A stretch of DNA of 64,000 bases, taken from a virus. Lineage: Duplodnaviria; Caudoviricetes. Numbering within the stretch: the stretch's first letter is position 1; the number at the start of each line of letters is the position of its first letter. This document shows positions 31,202-40,209 of the stretch, piece by piece. The position numbers were made by a program, and so were the translations under genes. The notes under the pieces are model-generated. The model was given only the letters and a program-made list of their open reading frames with translations, did no database searches and was not told the DNA's origin. The stretch lies in IMG/VR virus record IMGVR_UViG_3300029305_005547, positions 96,001 to 160,000 of that record; one strand, given 5' to 3'.

Positions 31202-31281
31202 ACGGAATTTAGTTAAGTAAGTTTTCTGTAAGTCTCGATATTTCTCGAGACTTACAGATTCTTTATTTAGCTAAATAGTAA
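31202..31281 (+). repeat. 80-bp cassette repeat, copy 7
   Basis: Direct match. Confidence 0.97.
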
Positions 31282-31873
31282 CAAGCAAAATTCACTAGGA
31301 TTTGTTCCTGTTAGACAAGGAGGCGGTGTAGATCAAAGCTCTAATACGGTTAATATTGGTTGGACTGGTTCAAAGTTAAAATGTACAATAGATGGATGGT
31401 ATGACTTAGGTGGGTTCTCATTTGAGAGTCATACTCATAATAGTTTAACTAATATTTCATTTGGACAAGATCCGGAAGGAAATTGGGGATACATACCAAG
31501 CGGTGCTGATACAGTAACCCCTTTTAAAAGTTTACATGATGGTAAATGGATACAAGCGGAAATTGAAGCTAAGTTTGTTATATATAAACCTTGGACTACT
31601 GATGTAACATCATATATTTCACCATCTGATTTTAATCAATTACTAGGATATATTGTTGAAGCTAAGAGTGGTGCCGTAGGAACAGCTTGTTTCTTAATGT
31701 CAGATGGAACTTATTCAGTGTCAAACTGGCATACAAGTAATGGTACTAATAGAAAATTTGTTAGTGCTTCAGATGTATATGAAAAAACTTCAACATCAGT
31801 AATCATAAAATCTCCTTATTGGTTAGGATTAACAAATACAAATATGAGATCATATTTCATTATGTATAAATAA
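31271..31873 (+). CDS. Silent tail-fibre tip cassette 7 (200 codons, not in ORF track)
   Basis: Hand translation: LNSNKQNSLGFVPVRQGGGVDQSSNTVNIGWTGSKLKCTIDG...GNWGYIPSGADTVTPFK...RSYFIMYK*. Confidence 0.88.
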   Translation, partial: LNSNKQNSLGFVPVRQGGGVDQSSNTVNIGWTGSKLKCTIDGWYDLGGFSFESHTHNSLTNISFGQDPEGNWGYIPSGADTVTPFKSLHDGKWIQAEIEAKFVIYKPWTTDVTSYISPSDFNQLLGYIVEAKSGAVGTACFLMSDGTYSVSNWHTSNGTNRKFVSASDVYEKTSTSVIIKSPYWLGLTNTNMRSYFIMYK

Positions 31874-32055
31874 TTAATAAATGATAAACAGATTTGTAAT
31901 GGATAATTCCATATAAAAATACTAATTTGGTCTTTTTAAAGAATCAAAATCGAACACAAAGTACCTTTCGAGATAGGATACATTTTTGTATCCTATCTCA
32001 CTTTCATTTTTCATTATAGTGACAGTCCCATAAAATCTTAAAAGGAGATTATTTT

Positions 32056-33240
32056 ATGGGAAGAATTGAATTAAATTCAGACCAGATATTTGCTGGTATT
32101 GAAGCAAGTAGATGGTGGCATTCTGCCAGTTCAGATCAGATATTTGAAATATCTGGCGCTGCTGGTACAGGAAAGACGACTTCTATAAAATACATATTAC
32201 AAGAATTAGGTCTTGATCCTTTTCATGATGTGTTATTTGTTGCATATACAGGTAAAGCTGCTACACAGTTAGCCCGAAATAGTTTACCTGCTATTACATG
32301 TCATTCAGCATTTTACGAATATATAAAAGAAATAGATAGAGATGAAGATGGAAGAGCTATTATACTTCCTAATGGAAAACCTAAATTAAAAGGCGTTTTC
32401 AGACCGAAAGATCATCTTAAAAAACGTTATAAAGCTATTTGTATTGATGAAGCTACGATGATTAATCAAGAGATGAAAACTGACATAACTAATTTTGGAT
32501 TACCTATTTTCGCATTAGGTGATACAAATCAGTTACCTCCAGTATTTGGAAAATCTGTATTTTTGGTTGATCCTAATGTAACGTTACGAAAACTCATGAG
32601 ACAGGCTGAAGACAATCCAATTGTATATATTGCTCATAGAATTCTTGATGGTTATGATTTAAGACCCGGTGTATATGGTTCTAGTGCAATTATACGAAAG
32701 AAAGATTTAGATCCATATCAGCTTAAAAATGCAGATATTGTATTAACTGTAACAAATAACCTTAAGCAACATATAAACAACTTATTCCGTGAGGAATTTT
32801 GTGGATTTACAAGACTTGATCTTCCATATGTTGGAGAAAAAGTAATATGTAGACGAAACGATTGGTCTAAATCTGTTGGAGATAATTTATTTCTTACAAA
32901 CGGAACCACAGGTTTCCTAGATTATGTCAATAAAGAAACTTATAATGGTAGAAGTATTGAATGCGATTTTAGACCAGATTTTACACCTAAAACATTTAGA
33001 AATCTTCCTATTGATTATAAGCACTTGATGAGACTTGAAAAGAGTGAATCACAAGCAGCCATGAGCTTTGGAATGAATATATTTGAATTTGCATATGCTA
33101 TCACTGTATATTCATCTCAAGGATCTCAGTGGCCTAATGTAACTGCTCTTGCCGAACTTTATGGTGCTGAAGATTTTAAGAGGAAGGTATTATACACAAT
33201 GGTTACAAGAGCAAGTGAATCTGTCACACTTGCAATTTAA
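32056..33240 (+). CDS. SF1B helicase, Dda/RecD-like
   Basis: GAAGTGKT, AYTGKAA, IDEATM, GDTNQLPPV, AYAITVYSSQGSQW, YTMVTRA. Confidence 0.92.
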   Translation: MGRIELNSDQIFAGIEASRWWHSASSDQIFEISGAAGTGKTTSIKYILQELGLDPFHDVLFVAYTGKAATQLARNSLPAITCHSAFYEYIKEIDRDEDGRAIILPNGKPKLKGVFRPKDHLKKRYKAICIDEATMINQEMKTDITNFGLPIFALGDTNQLPPVFGKSVFLVDPNVTLRKLMRQAEDNPIVYIAHRILDGYDLRPGVYGSSAIIRKKDLDPYQLKNADIVLTVTNNLKQHINNLFREEFCGFTRLDLPYVGEKVICRRNDWSKSVGDNLFLTNGTTGFLDYVNKETYNGRSIECDFRPDFTPKTFRNLPIDYKHLMRLEKSESQAAMSFGMNIFEFAYAITVYSSQGSQWPNVTALAELYGAEDFKRKVLYTMVTRASESVTLAI

Positions 33241-33327
33241 AGAAGTATATTATTTATTTGAAATAGTTGAGAAGGATATAGTAAAAACCTTCTCAACTAT
33301 AAATTTTTATAGTAAAGGAGATTTAAA

Positions 33328-33669
33328 ATGAGTACAGTGGATGTAGCACAATTTAGACAAAATTTTCACGTCCCAAAAGAAGCATTTAGAGAACTTATTA
33401 CATTATATGATCTGAGTTTTGTAGATCTTAAAGTAATTTGCTATTTGCTTACAGTATTAAGTGGTTATAACAAAACCCGTCGTATTAATACGACAAATCC
33501 AGGACCTGATCCTAATAATTTTACAAAGATCCATATAGATCTAATGAGTGAAGAATTAGGAATCAAAGTAAAGAAAATAAAAAAATCTATTAAATACCTT
33601 ACTGAAATACAGGTTTTAGAAAAAGGAAATGGAGCTGCTGTAAAAGGTGGTTACAGATTTACATTTTAA
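33328..33669 (+). CDS. Small winged-HTH-like DNA-binding protein
   Basis: DLMSEELGIKVKKIKKSIKYLTEIQVL pattern. Confidence 0.55.
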   Translation: MSTVDVAQFRQNFHVPKEAFRELITLYDLSFVDLKVICYLLTVLSGYNKTRRINTTNPGPDPNNFTKIHIDLMSEELGIKVKKIKKSIKYLTEIQVLEKGNGAAVKGGYRFTF

Positions 33670-33680
33670 AGGAGGACAAA

Positions 33681-35054
33681 ATGGAAACTACTGTAGAAAA
33701 CACTAAAATTATTATCCCTATTAACTTCACACATAGTGCAGACATCGATGGTATTGTGTGTGGAATCTTAACCAATTCTATATGTCTTGGTGGTGTAAAT
33801 TGTGGTGATGCTTATTTTGCTAAACCATTTATAATTGGAATGCCTGCTAATACAGAGCAGATGGAATCTATTATACAAGAAAAGATTACGCATAAAAATA
33901 TTACAGACTATACTGAATATGCATGCAGTTCACATTATACATCAGACACAATAGAAGGTGAAAACCTTGAATACCTTATTATTGTAACTGATTTACATGT
34001 ACCTACTGTATTTATTGATTATGTGAAGAAAGTTATCACTGATTGCTATCCTGATTCACATATTGGATTTTGGGAATTTGATCATCACGCATCAAACCCT
34101 GAATTTGGTAAATTTACATATAATTTCAATGAAGATGAATTTTATCTTCCTGAAAGAGTATGTATCTGCGATAACTATTTCAAAACACATGGAAAGTGTA
34201 AAGTTCCGGAATTAGATATTACATTTAATAAATTATGTGGTGCAAAAGATATAAAACGAGAAATTGAAGAATTGATTGTACAATATAAACTCGATGGTGG
34301 TCTTTCTGTTGCAGAAAGGTCTGCCGCATATGTATACTTTAGATTTCTTCTTGATATGGGATTATTTGATTTTCATGATTTAAATTTCATGATAAACTTG
34401 ATCAAACTTGTATATCATACATCTATGTATGATACCTTTGAGTTTTCAAAGAAAGATAGAGATTGTGTTATTGACCATGATTACATGGATGCTTTAACTG
34501 TTTTATGGAAAAGCTATAAAGGAGATTTCTTCAGATTCTTAAATATGGTTTATGATTCATTAGATGATATACCTTTAGTTGGTGAATATGAATATCTTCC
34601 AACTCTTCCGAAATCAGAACTTTTGAAATTGTCTTTCTTGTTTGATCAGAGAAAGACAGAATACAGAGGAGTGACTAAAGGTATAAGAGTATTTCCATAC
34701 GAACGAATTAAATATGCGTTGAATCTTGAATGTAATGAAGAGCTTAAATATGAAGATAACGTAGCCGTAATTCTTCAGGATGTCACGGATGCGTCTTTTG
34801 TAGGAAATACTCTCTTAAAAGATTATCCAAAAATCAAATTAGTTATTATGTTATTTACAAATTCTCGTACTGCATCTTTCAGGAGTAGTAATCTTATTGA
34901 TGATGCTCCTGATTGTGGTAAGATTGCTACTTTAGATTTAAATGGTGGTGGTCACAAACATGCTGCTGGTGCTGTTTTGTCTCAGGATAAGTTTATTAAT
35001 ATCTTAACTTTATTCTGGAATACAGATAAAGCTAATATGGATGATTATAAGTAA
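33681..35054 (+). CDS. DHH/DHHA1 family phosphoesterase
   Basis: THSADIDG, VTDL, FDHH, GGGHKHAAG. Confidence 0.88.
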   Translation: METTVENTKIIIPINFTHSADIDGIVCGILTNSICLGGVNCGDAYFAKPFIIGMPANTEQMESIIQEKITHKNITDYTEYACSSHYTSDTIEGENLEYLIIVTDLHVPTVFIDYVKKVITDCYPDSHIGFWEFDHHASNPEFGKFTYNFNEDEFYLPERVCICDNYFKTHGKCKVPELDITFNKLCGAKDIKREIEELIVQYKLDGGLSVAERSAAYVYFRFLLDMGLFDFHDLNFMINLIKLVYHTSMYDTFEFSKKDRDCVIDHDYMDALTVLWKSYKGDFFRFLNMVYDSLDDIPLVGEYEYLPTLPKSELLKLSFLFDQRKTEYRGVTKGIRVFPYERIKYALNLECNEELKYEDNVAVILQDVTDASFVGNTLLKDYPKIKLVIMLFTNSRTASFRSSNLIDDAPDCGKIATLDLNGGGHKHAAGAVLSQDKFINILTLFWNTDKANMDDYK

Positions 35055-35270
35055 GACGAAATAAAGGGATCTTTTGGATCCCTTTATTTTTTTATTAGTA
35101 TAACAAATCTTTAATGGATAATATCCATATGAAAATTCCAATAATAGAGCAGATTACTCATTATTTAGAGGTAAACTTGCATGTAATAACTTTTGTTCTG
35201 GTGAGAGTAGGATTTGGCTACCTACTCTCACCAGCTCCGTTCTTTTTGTATGATTTTTTGGAGTGTGGGG

Positions 35271-35350
35271 ACGGAATTTAGTTAAGTAAAATTTCTGTAA
35301 GTCTCGATATTTCTCGGGACTTACAGATTCTTTATTTAGCTAAATAGTAA
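35271..35350 (+). repeat. 80-bp cassette repeat, copy 8
   Basis: Direct match. Confidence 0.97.
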
Positions 35351-35627
35351 GGTGGATAAATCGGGAATTGTTTTTAGAAATTTTAGATCATTTTCAGTTA
35401 AAAGTACAAATCCTATTGCGGTAAACGCTTATGAAATAATCACCCTAGATTTGTCTTCATATAATTATACAAAAAGTCCACATGCATTTATTTCTTCAAC
35501 TTTTTTATGTTCAGTTACTATATCTAATACATCGGCAACTTCAGTAACAGTTACATTATATAATTTATACGGATCATCTCAACAGTGCAGTTGTGTAATA
35601 TATTTATTTGAGTTAAATTCAGTATAA
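35340..35627 (+). CDS. Silent tail-fibre tip cassette 8
   Basis: In frame LNSKVDKSGIVF...; small beta-rich domain; no RBS. Confidence 0.8.
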   Translation, partial: LNSKVDKSGIVFRNFRSFSVKSTNPIAVNAYEIITLDLSSYNYTKSPHAFISSTFLCSVTISNTSATSVTVTLYNLYGSSQQCSCVIYLFELNSV

Positions 35628-35722
35628 TAAATAAATGAGAATGAAGATATCTTCATTCTCATTTATTTTTCCACATAAATACTACAAATAAAAACATTAT
35701 ACTAAACTATTAAAACGAAAGG

Positions 35723-37267
35723 ATGATAAAGACTATGGATCCTTTAATGAATAACTCCGTAATCAATTTCATTGACGAAGTTAATAAGCAGCGTTCTTTA
35801 GACGAATCTATCAACAAGATCAATGATGATCCGGTTGTGAAACTCCGTCGTTTGAACGAGACTAAACAACAGGGTGTCAATGCTTGTATGAATTCTATAT
35901 TAGCTAAAATCTGCAAAGATGCAGTTCCCGAGGTTAACGGACGAGTAGCTTCTACTCCCGATTTGGATAAAGTAGTAGCAGACTATGTTTCCAGAAGAAC
36001 CGGTGGAAAAGACTTAGAGTTCTATGTAAAAGAAGCAATCAGACGTAACCCTAAGAACACATCAGTGATTAAGAACGTATTTGAATCTGTAGAGCGTATC
36101 GTAAGAGAGCAATACACAGACAAATCTCTCAATCCTGATACAATTACCGAAGATGATTACAAGTTTGAAATAACTCCTGAGATTGATGACAAACTCGTTG
36201 CAGTCATTCGTGATAATAATCTTGATGATCTTGCAGAAGTTATCAAAGATAACGTAAGAGAAACTGCAATCTCTGAAGTAGAACTTGCGAAAAAAGAAAA
36301 AGAAGAGCGTTTAGCTCTTGAAGAAGAACTTACTAACGATGAATCTATCACTACAGAAGCTGCTCTTGAAGAAGCTTTAAGAGAAAGAGGAATCGGTAAG
36401 ACTACTTCTATCTATACACCTTCATTATTTGAAGCTGTTATGGTTAATAAGTTTAATTCTATGAATATGACAGAATCTGTCATCACAGATGTTACTTATG
36501 AAGCCGGATATGTTACTGAAGGTGTAATTGATAAACTTAAAAACGCATTCAAGGCTAAATCAGAGGCTGATGCAAAAGAAACTATTGCAAAGAATCATTC
36601 AAATTTCCTTGCAAATATCGAAGAATGGTACAAAACTGTCTACTCTGATTACCGCAGCAAGATTAGTCCGGTTGACTTTAAGAAATTAGCAAAGACTGCT
36701 AAAGAAATTTTAGCAGATCCTCATGTTGATAACATTACTGTCAATGGTCCCATTCTTTCTGATGTTAAAGATGCATCTGTATCCTATAAAGATAACATGA
36801 AGAATCTCATGAATGAGAAGAAGTATGTAGCGTTTAGCGTTCCTACATCTAAGAAGAGTTATCCTGCAAAAGATGCTATAGATGAAATGATGAAAGCAGT
36901 AGATGCTCTTGACAGTTATTTTGAAAAGCCTGATGTTAAATCATACGTTAACAAAGCATCTGCATACATCAGTGCTAAAGCTAACAAATGTGAAAATCCT
37001 AAGGATGTCAAGACTGTTTATGATCTTGGTGTTCAGTATTATCTTGCAGATTTGGCATACTACATGGTTGCGATTACATTTGTAGATTCTGTAGTTAGTG
37101 CTATGAAGCAGATGATTAAGACATATGAAAAAGTTGCTGTTAAGGAAGCAGCATTTGATGCTGCAGTAACAGAGTATACTTTACTTAGTCTTTCTAAAGC
37201 GTTATATCTTGAAAGTTTTAAACTTGCAGATATTGACAGCTTAGCTAAGGAATATGCTATGAATTAA
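35723..37267 (+). CDS. Probable virion/inner-head protein
   Basis: Late promoter AACA-N6-TAAA; many xxES/xxEA motifs. Confidence 0.55.
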   Translation: MIKTMDPLMNNSVINFIDEVNKQRSLDESINKINDDPVVKLRRLNETKQQGVNACMNSILAKICKDAVPEVNGRVASTPDLDKVVADYVSRRTGGKDLEFYVKEAIRRNPKNTSVIKNVFESVERIVREQYTDKSLNPDTITEDDYKFEITPEIDDKLVAVIRDNNLDDLAEVIKDNVRETAISEVELAKKEKEERLALEEELTNDESITTEAALEEALRERGIGKTTSIYTPSLFEAVMVNKFNSMNMTESVITDVTYEAGYVTEGVIDKLKNAFKAKSEADAKETIAKNHSNFLANIEEWYKTVYSDYRSKISPVDFKKLAKTAKEILADPHVDNITVNGPILSDVKDASVSYKDNMKNLMNEKKYVAFSVPTSKKSYPAKDAIDEMMKAVDALDSYFEKPDVKSYVNKASAYISAKANKCENPKDVKTVYDLGVQYYLADLAYYMVAITFVDSVVSAMKQMIKTYEKVAVKEAAFDAAVTEYTLLSLSKALYLESFKLADIDSLAKEYAMN

Positions 37268-37309
37268 ATATATCACCTTACTCCAAATCGGAGTAAGGTG
37301 ATAATTATT

Positions 37310-38830
37310 TTATTTTATTGAATCTGATAATAATGTGAATTCATCTAATGATAATTCATTATTAATAAATGATTCTTTTAAAGCAGATTCAGTTGTAGTT
37401 GTTGATTTAATTTCTTCTACTGGAATAGGAAGGCTTGTATCTACATAAATAGATCCAGCATTGAATGATTTACATGTAGGATCAATAAATGCAGTTCTTA
37501 TATTTTCTTTTGGAGTATATCGTGACAGATCAGATTCTGGAACATCCTCACCTCTGTAATCTTTACTAAGAGTAAAATATACTCTTTTTGTAGGGTATAA
37601 TTTACTGCCTTCACGTTTTCCTTTAAAAGATGGAATCAATTCTTTTATTCCTTTTTTAGGTGAAACATGAAGAAGCATTGTTTCATTAGGAATTGTTATT
37701 TTTCTTGGTTCAGCTTCAGTGTAATCGCATATAGCTTTATCACCGTCAACAGTAATTTTTTTGATAATAGAATTTTTTCCAATACCAAAAAACTTACAAA
37801 TCCAATTAAATGCTTTCTTGTAAATAGTATAATTATTACTATTTTTAGCAATGTCATAATTAGATCTTATTTCTTTCTTGTCCTTATTAGAAATATCCTT
37901 TTCAGAAATTTCATCTTTAAGATTTTCACTTGCTTTTTTCCAAGTATCCTTTAAAAATTTAGTTCCTGAAATAGATCTTGTAATTTCTCCTATTTTTTCT
38001 TTAATTCCTTCCTGATATACTTCATCATCTTCAACAAATTTAAGACCGTAATATTCCATAAAATCTTCAAGATTATCAAATTCTGGTCCTAAATCATAAT
38101 CAACATATTCTTGTACTAAATCATCAGATTTTTTCAATATGTCCTGAATTTTCTCTACTTTAATAGGAGATGATGTAACAACATAAACAGCACCCATTGT
38201 ATATGTTGGAACTAAAGGATCTAAATATGCAGTCTTTATATTTTCAGTACATACATAAGTAGTGGTTTTCTCATTTTGTTTAATATCTGCTGCAAATTTT
38301 GGCATTTCTTTTCTCAAAGTAAAATACACTCTTTGATCTGAATACATATAACTTTTAGCAGATTTACCTTTAAATTGAGGATTTAAAGATTTAATAGAAT
38401 CATTGGTTGATGTATGATATAAAATACTACCATTAGGAATAGTAATCTTTTTAGGAGCAACGCCATAAAGAATTTCTACAGAATTATGCTCTTTATCTTT
38501 ATTCAATTTATATTGAACGATAACTACATCATTTTTAGGTATACCTGTAAGTTTACACAGTTTATTATAATAAATTTTATATTCAGTAAACGTGGATGAA
38601 GCTCTCATATCATGCAATGCTTTTGAAATTTCATGAAATTTATCTTCATCCAAATCTTTTTCTTCATAAGTTTTTGTAGCTTTTGTTGTAGGTATCCAGT
38701 CTTTTTCAATACTTAATCTATCTTTAAGTTCTCTTACTTTAGAACCAATTTTACCACGAACAGATTCTTCTACTACATCAGAGTTCTTATAGTTAGTAAC
38801 TATATTTAATAATGCTTCATAATTAGCCAT
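37310..38830 (-). CDS. Late protein with two tandem paralogous domains, possibly ADP-ribosyltransferase-like
   Basis: KITIPNGSILYHTS...LNPQFKGK...RVYFTL...GAVYV is repeated as KITIPNETMLLHVS...LIPSFKGK...RVYFTL...GSIYV. Confidence 0.55.
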   Translation of the reverse strand: MANYEALLNIVTNYKNSDVVEESVRGKIGSKVRELKDRLSIEKDWIPTTKATKTYEEKDLDEDKFHEISKALHDMRASSTFTEYKIYYNKLCKLTGIPKNDVVIVQYKLNKDKEHNSVEILYGVAPKKITIPNGSILYHTSTNDSIKSLNPQFKGKSAKSYMYSDQRVYFTLRKEMPKFAADIKQNEKTTTYVCTENIKTAYLDPLVPTYTMGAVYVVTSSPIKVEKIQDILKKSDDLVQEYVDYDLGPEFDNLEDFMEYYGLKFVEDDEVYQEGIKEKIGEITRSISGTKFLKDTWKKASENLKDEISEKDISNKDKKEIRSNYDIAKNSNNYTIYKKAFNWICKFFGIGKNSIIKKITVDGDKAICDYTEAEPRKITIPNETMLLHVSPKKGIKELIPSFKGKREGSKLYPTKRVYFTLSKDYRGEDVPESDLSRYTPKENIRTAFIDPTCKSFNAGSIYVDTSLPIPVEEIKSTTTTESALKESFINNELSLDEFTLLSDSIK

Positions 38831-38933
38831 AGTTATTTCCTTTCTATAAAGTTTATTAATAATTTGTTTCGAGCCTTAAAATACCTCAAAATAAACTATA
38901 GAAACAACTTATTTATAAGAAAGGAGTGTAATT

Positions 38934-39227
38934 ATGTTAAATTCAAACCAATTTTCAGATTTAGATGCTGCTAAAAGCGATCTTGAAAGCAAACAGATTA
39001 TTTTAAAGACAGGAATTGATGTGCAGGCATTGCTTAGAATTTTAGTCGATAAAGAAATAATCACAAGAGAAGAAATTAATAAATATAGAGAAGAGGTAAG
39101 TTCTTCTCCAAAATATGCAAATGCTCTTAAATATGTTGAGCAAACCCTTGAAGAAATTAAATATTACGAGACTCATCCTCAAGAGAGATTGCAGGAAATG
39201 TTTAGACGAAAGATGCAGGAAAAATAA
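38934..39227 (+). CDS. Hypothetical protein
   Basis: AAAGGAG RBS. Confidence 0.7.
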   Translation: MLNSNQFSDLDAAKSDLESKQIILKTGIDVQALLRILVDKEIITREEINKYREEVSSSPKYANALKYVEQTLEEIKYYETHPQERLQEMFRRKMQEK

Positions 39228-39228
39228 T

Positions 39229-39654
39229 ATGGACAATACAATTATAATTAAAAACTTTAATCCTGGTGCTAAAGGATTTAAAGTTATGAGAAAAGAACAA
39301 GAAGGATGTTCTGTATTAGCAGAATTTAAAAGAATACCAGATACAGGAATTGGTGATATGAGTGATGGATACCATACTTTTAATGAATTATATCACCATA
39401 GAGCAATATTATTTTCTGTTATCTGTAATATGTTTAAAGATAAAGCATGGAAATCATTAATGCATCATGATGGTAAGATGTATGATGGTATGTTCATTGT
39501 AGGAATTGAAACACCTAATGGGCAAGCAACATATCATTATGATGTAGATCCTTATTTTGATTTATTTGATGTAAAGGAACTTGAAAATGCTCCGGAATGG
39601 GATGGTCACACACCTGATGAAGCAATTGAAAGAATTAAATCTTTGGTTGTGTAG
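39229..39654 (+). CDS. Conserved phage protein (YHTFNELYHHR type)
   Basis: SDGYHTFNELYHHRAILF...GQATYHY...APEWDGHT; ATG 39229 follows the previous stop. Confidence 0.7.
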   Translation: MDNTIIIKNFNPGAKGFKVMRKEQEGCSVLAEFKRIPDTGIGDMSDGYHTFNELYHHRAILFSVICNMFKDKAWKSLMHHDGKMYDGMFIVGIETPNGQATYHYDVDPYFDLFDVKELENAPEWDGHTPDEAIERIKSLVV

Positions 39655-39680
39655 TATCAGACTATTGAAGTCATGTGGTC

Positions 39681-39698
39681 ACGGAATTTAGTTAAGTA
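39681..39698 (+). repeat. Left 18 bp of the cassette repeat (half-site upstream of the expressed fibre)
   Basis: ACGGAATTTAGTTAAGTA is identical to repeat positions 1-18, then the sequence diverges. Confidence 0.9.
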
Positions 39699-39846
39699 TT
39701 CTAAACAAAACCCAAAAAGTTAAGTAACTTAAAAAAAATTATATTTAATCGATAAAATAACAAAAAAAGTAAGGGTAGTTACAGCTACCCTTACTTGAAT
39801 ATTCCAAGATTGGCTTGTATGAGCATTTTGACCTCTTGTTTTCTAG

Positions 39847-40017
39847 TTAGAACAACTGATCAGACAATGCCTGAATCAAAGCCATTCTAACTGAGAAAAT
39901 GTTGGCATATCTGTTTGGATCAGACTGCCAAGCTGTCATGAAACTAGCATCGGTATCAAAACCGTTTGCTAGTTTCATTTCGTTGTATAACTTTCTCAAG
40001 TTATCAATATAACTCAT
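39847..40017 (-). CDS. 56-aa hypothetical protein between the two half-sites
   Basis: AAGGAGG RBS before ATG 40017; TATATTATT promoter; terminator 39768-39796. Confidence 0.7.
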   Translation of the reverse strand: MSYIDNLRKLYNEMKLANGFDTDASFMTAWQSDPNRYANIFSVRMALIQALSDQLF

Positions 40018-40120
40018 GTTAAAACCTCCTTCCTTAGAATATTCATGATAATAATATATCATCGAAAATATAAGGATTTCAGAGATTTTTTTACACATCT
40101 ACACAGCTTTCTAATATAAA

Positions 40121-40134
40121 AACATTCTACTAAG
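40121..40134 (+). promoter_or_regulatory. Late-type promoter of the tail-fibre gene
   Basis: AACA-TTCTAC-TAAG; the same ACA-N6-TAA spacing recurs upstream of more than 15 genes. Confidence 0.7.
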
Positions 40135-40209
40135 TAATTACCATAGAGAAATCTATGGGTCTCAATTATTTTTTCATGAAAGAATAATAGAAAAGGAGGC
40201 GCTCGAGAT

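Noticed and set aside
22120-31873. Classical invertible shufflon
   Set aside because: All sites and cassettes face the same way, essential genes lie between them, and no invertase is adjacent.
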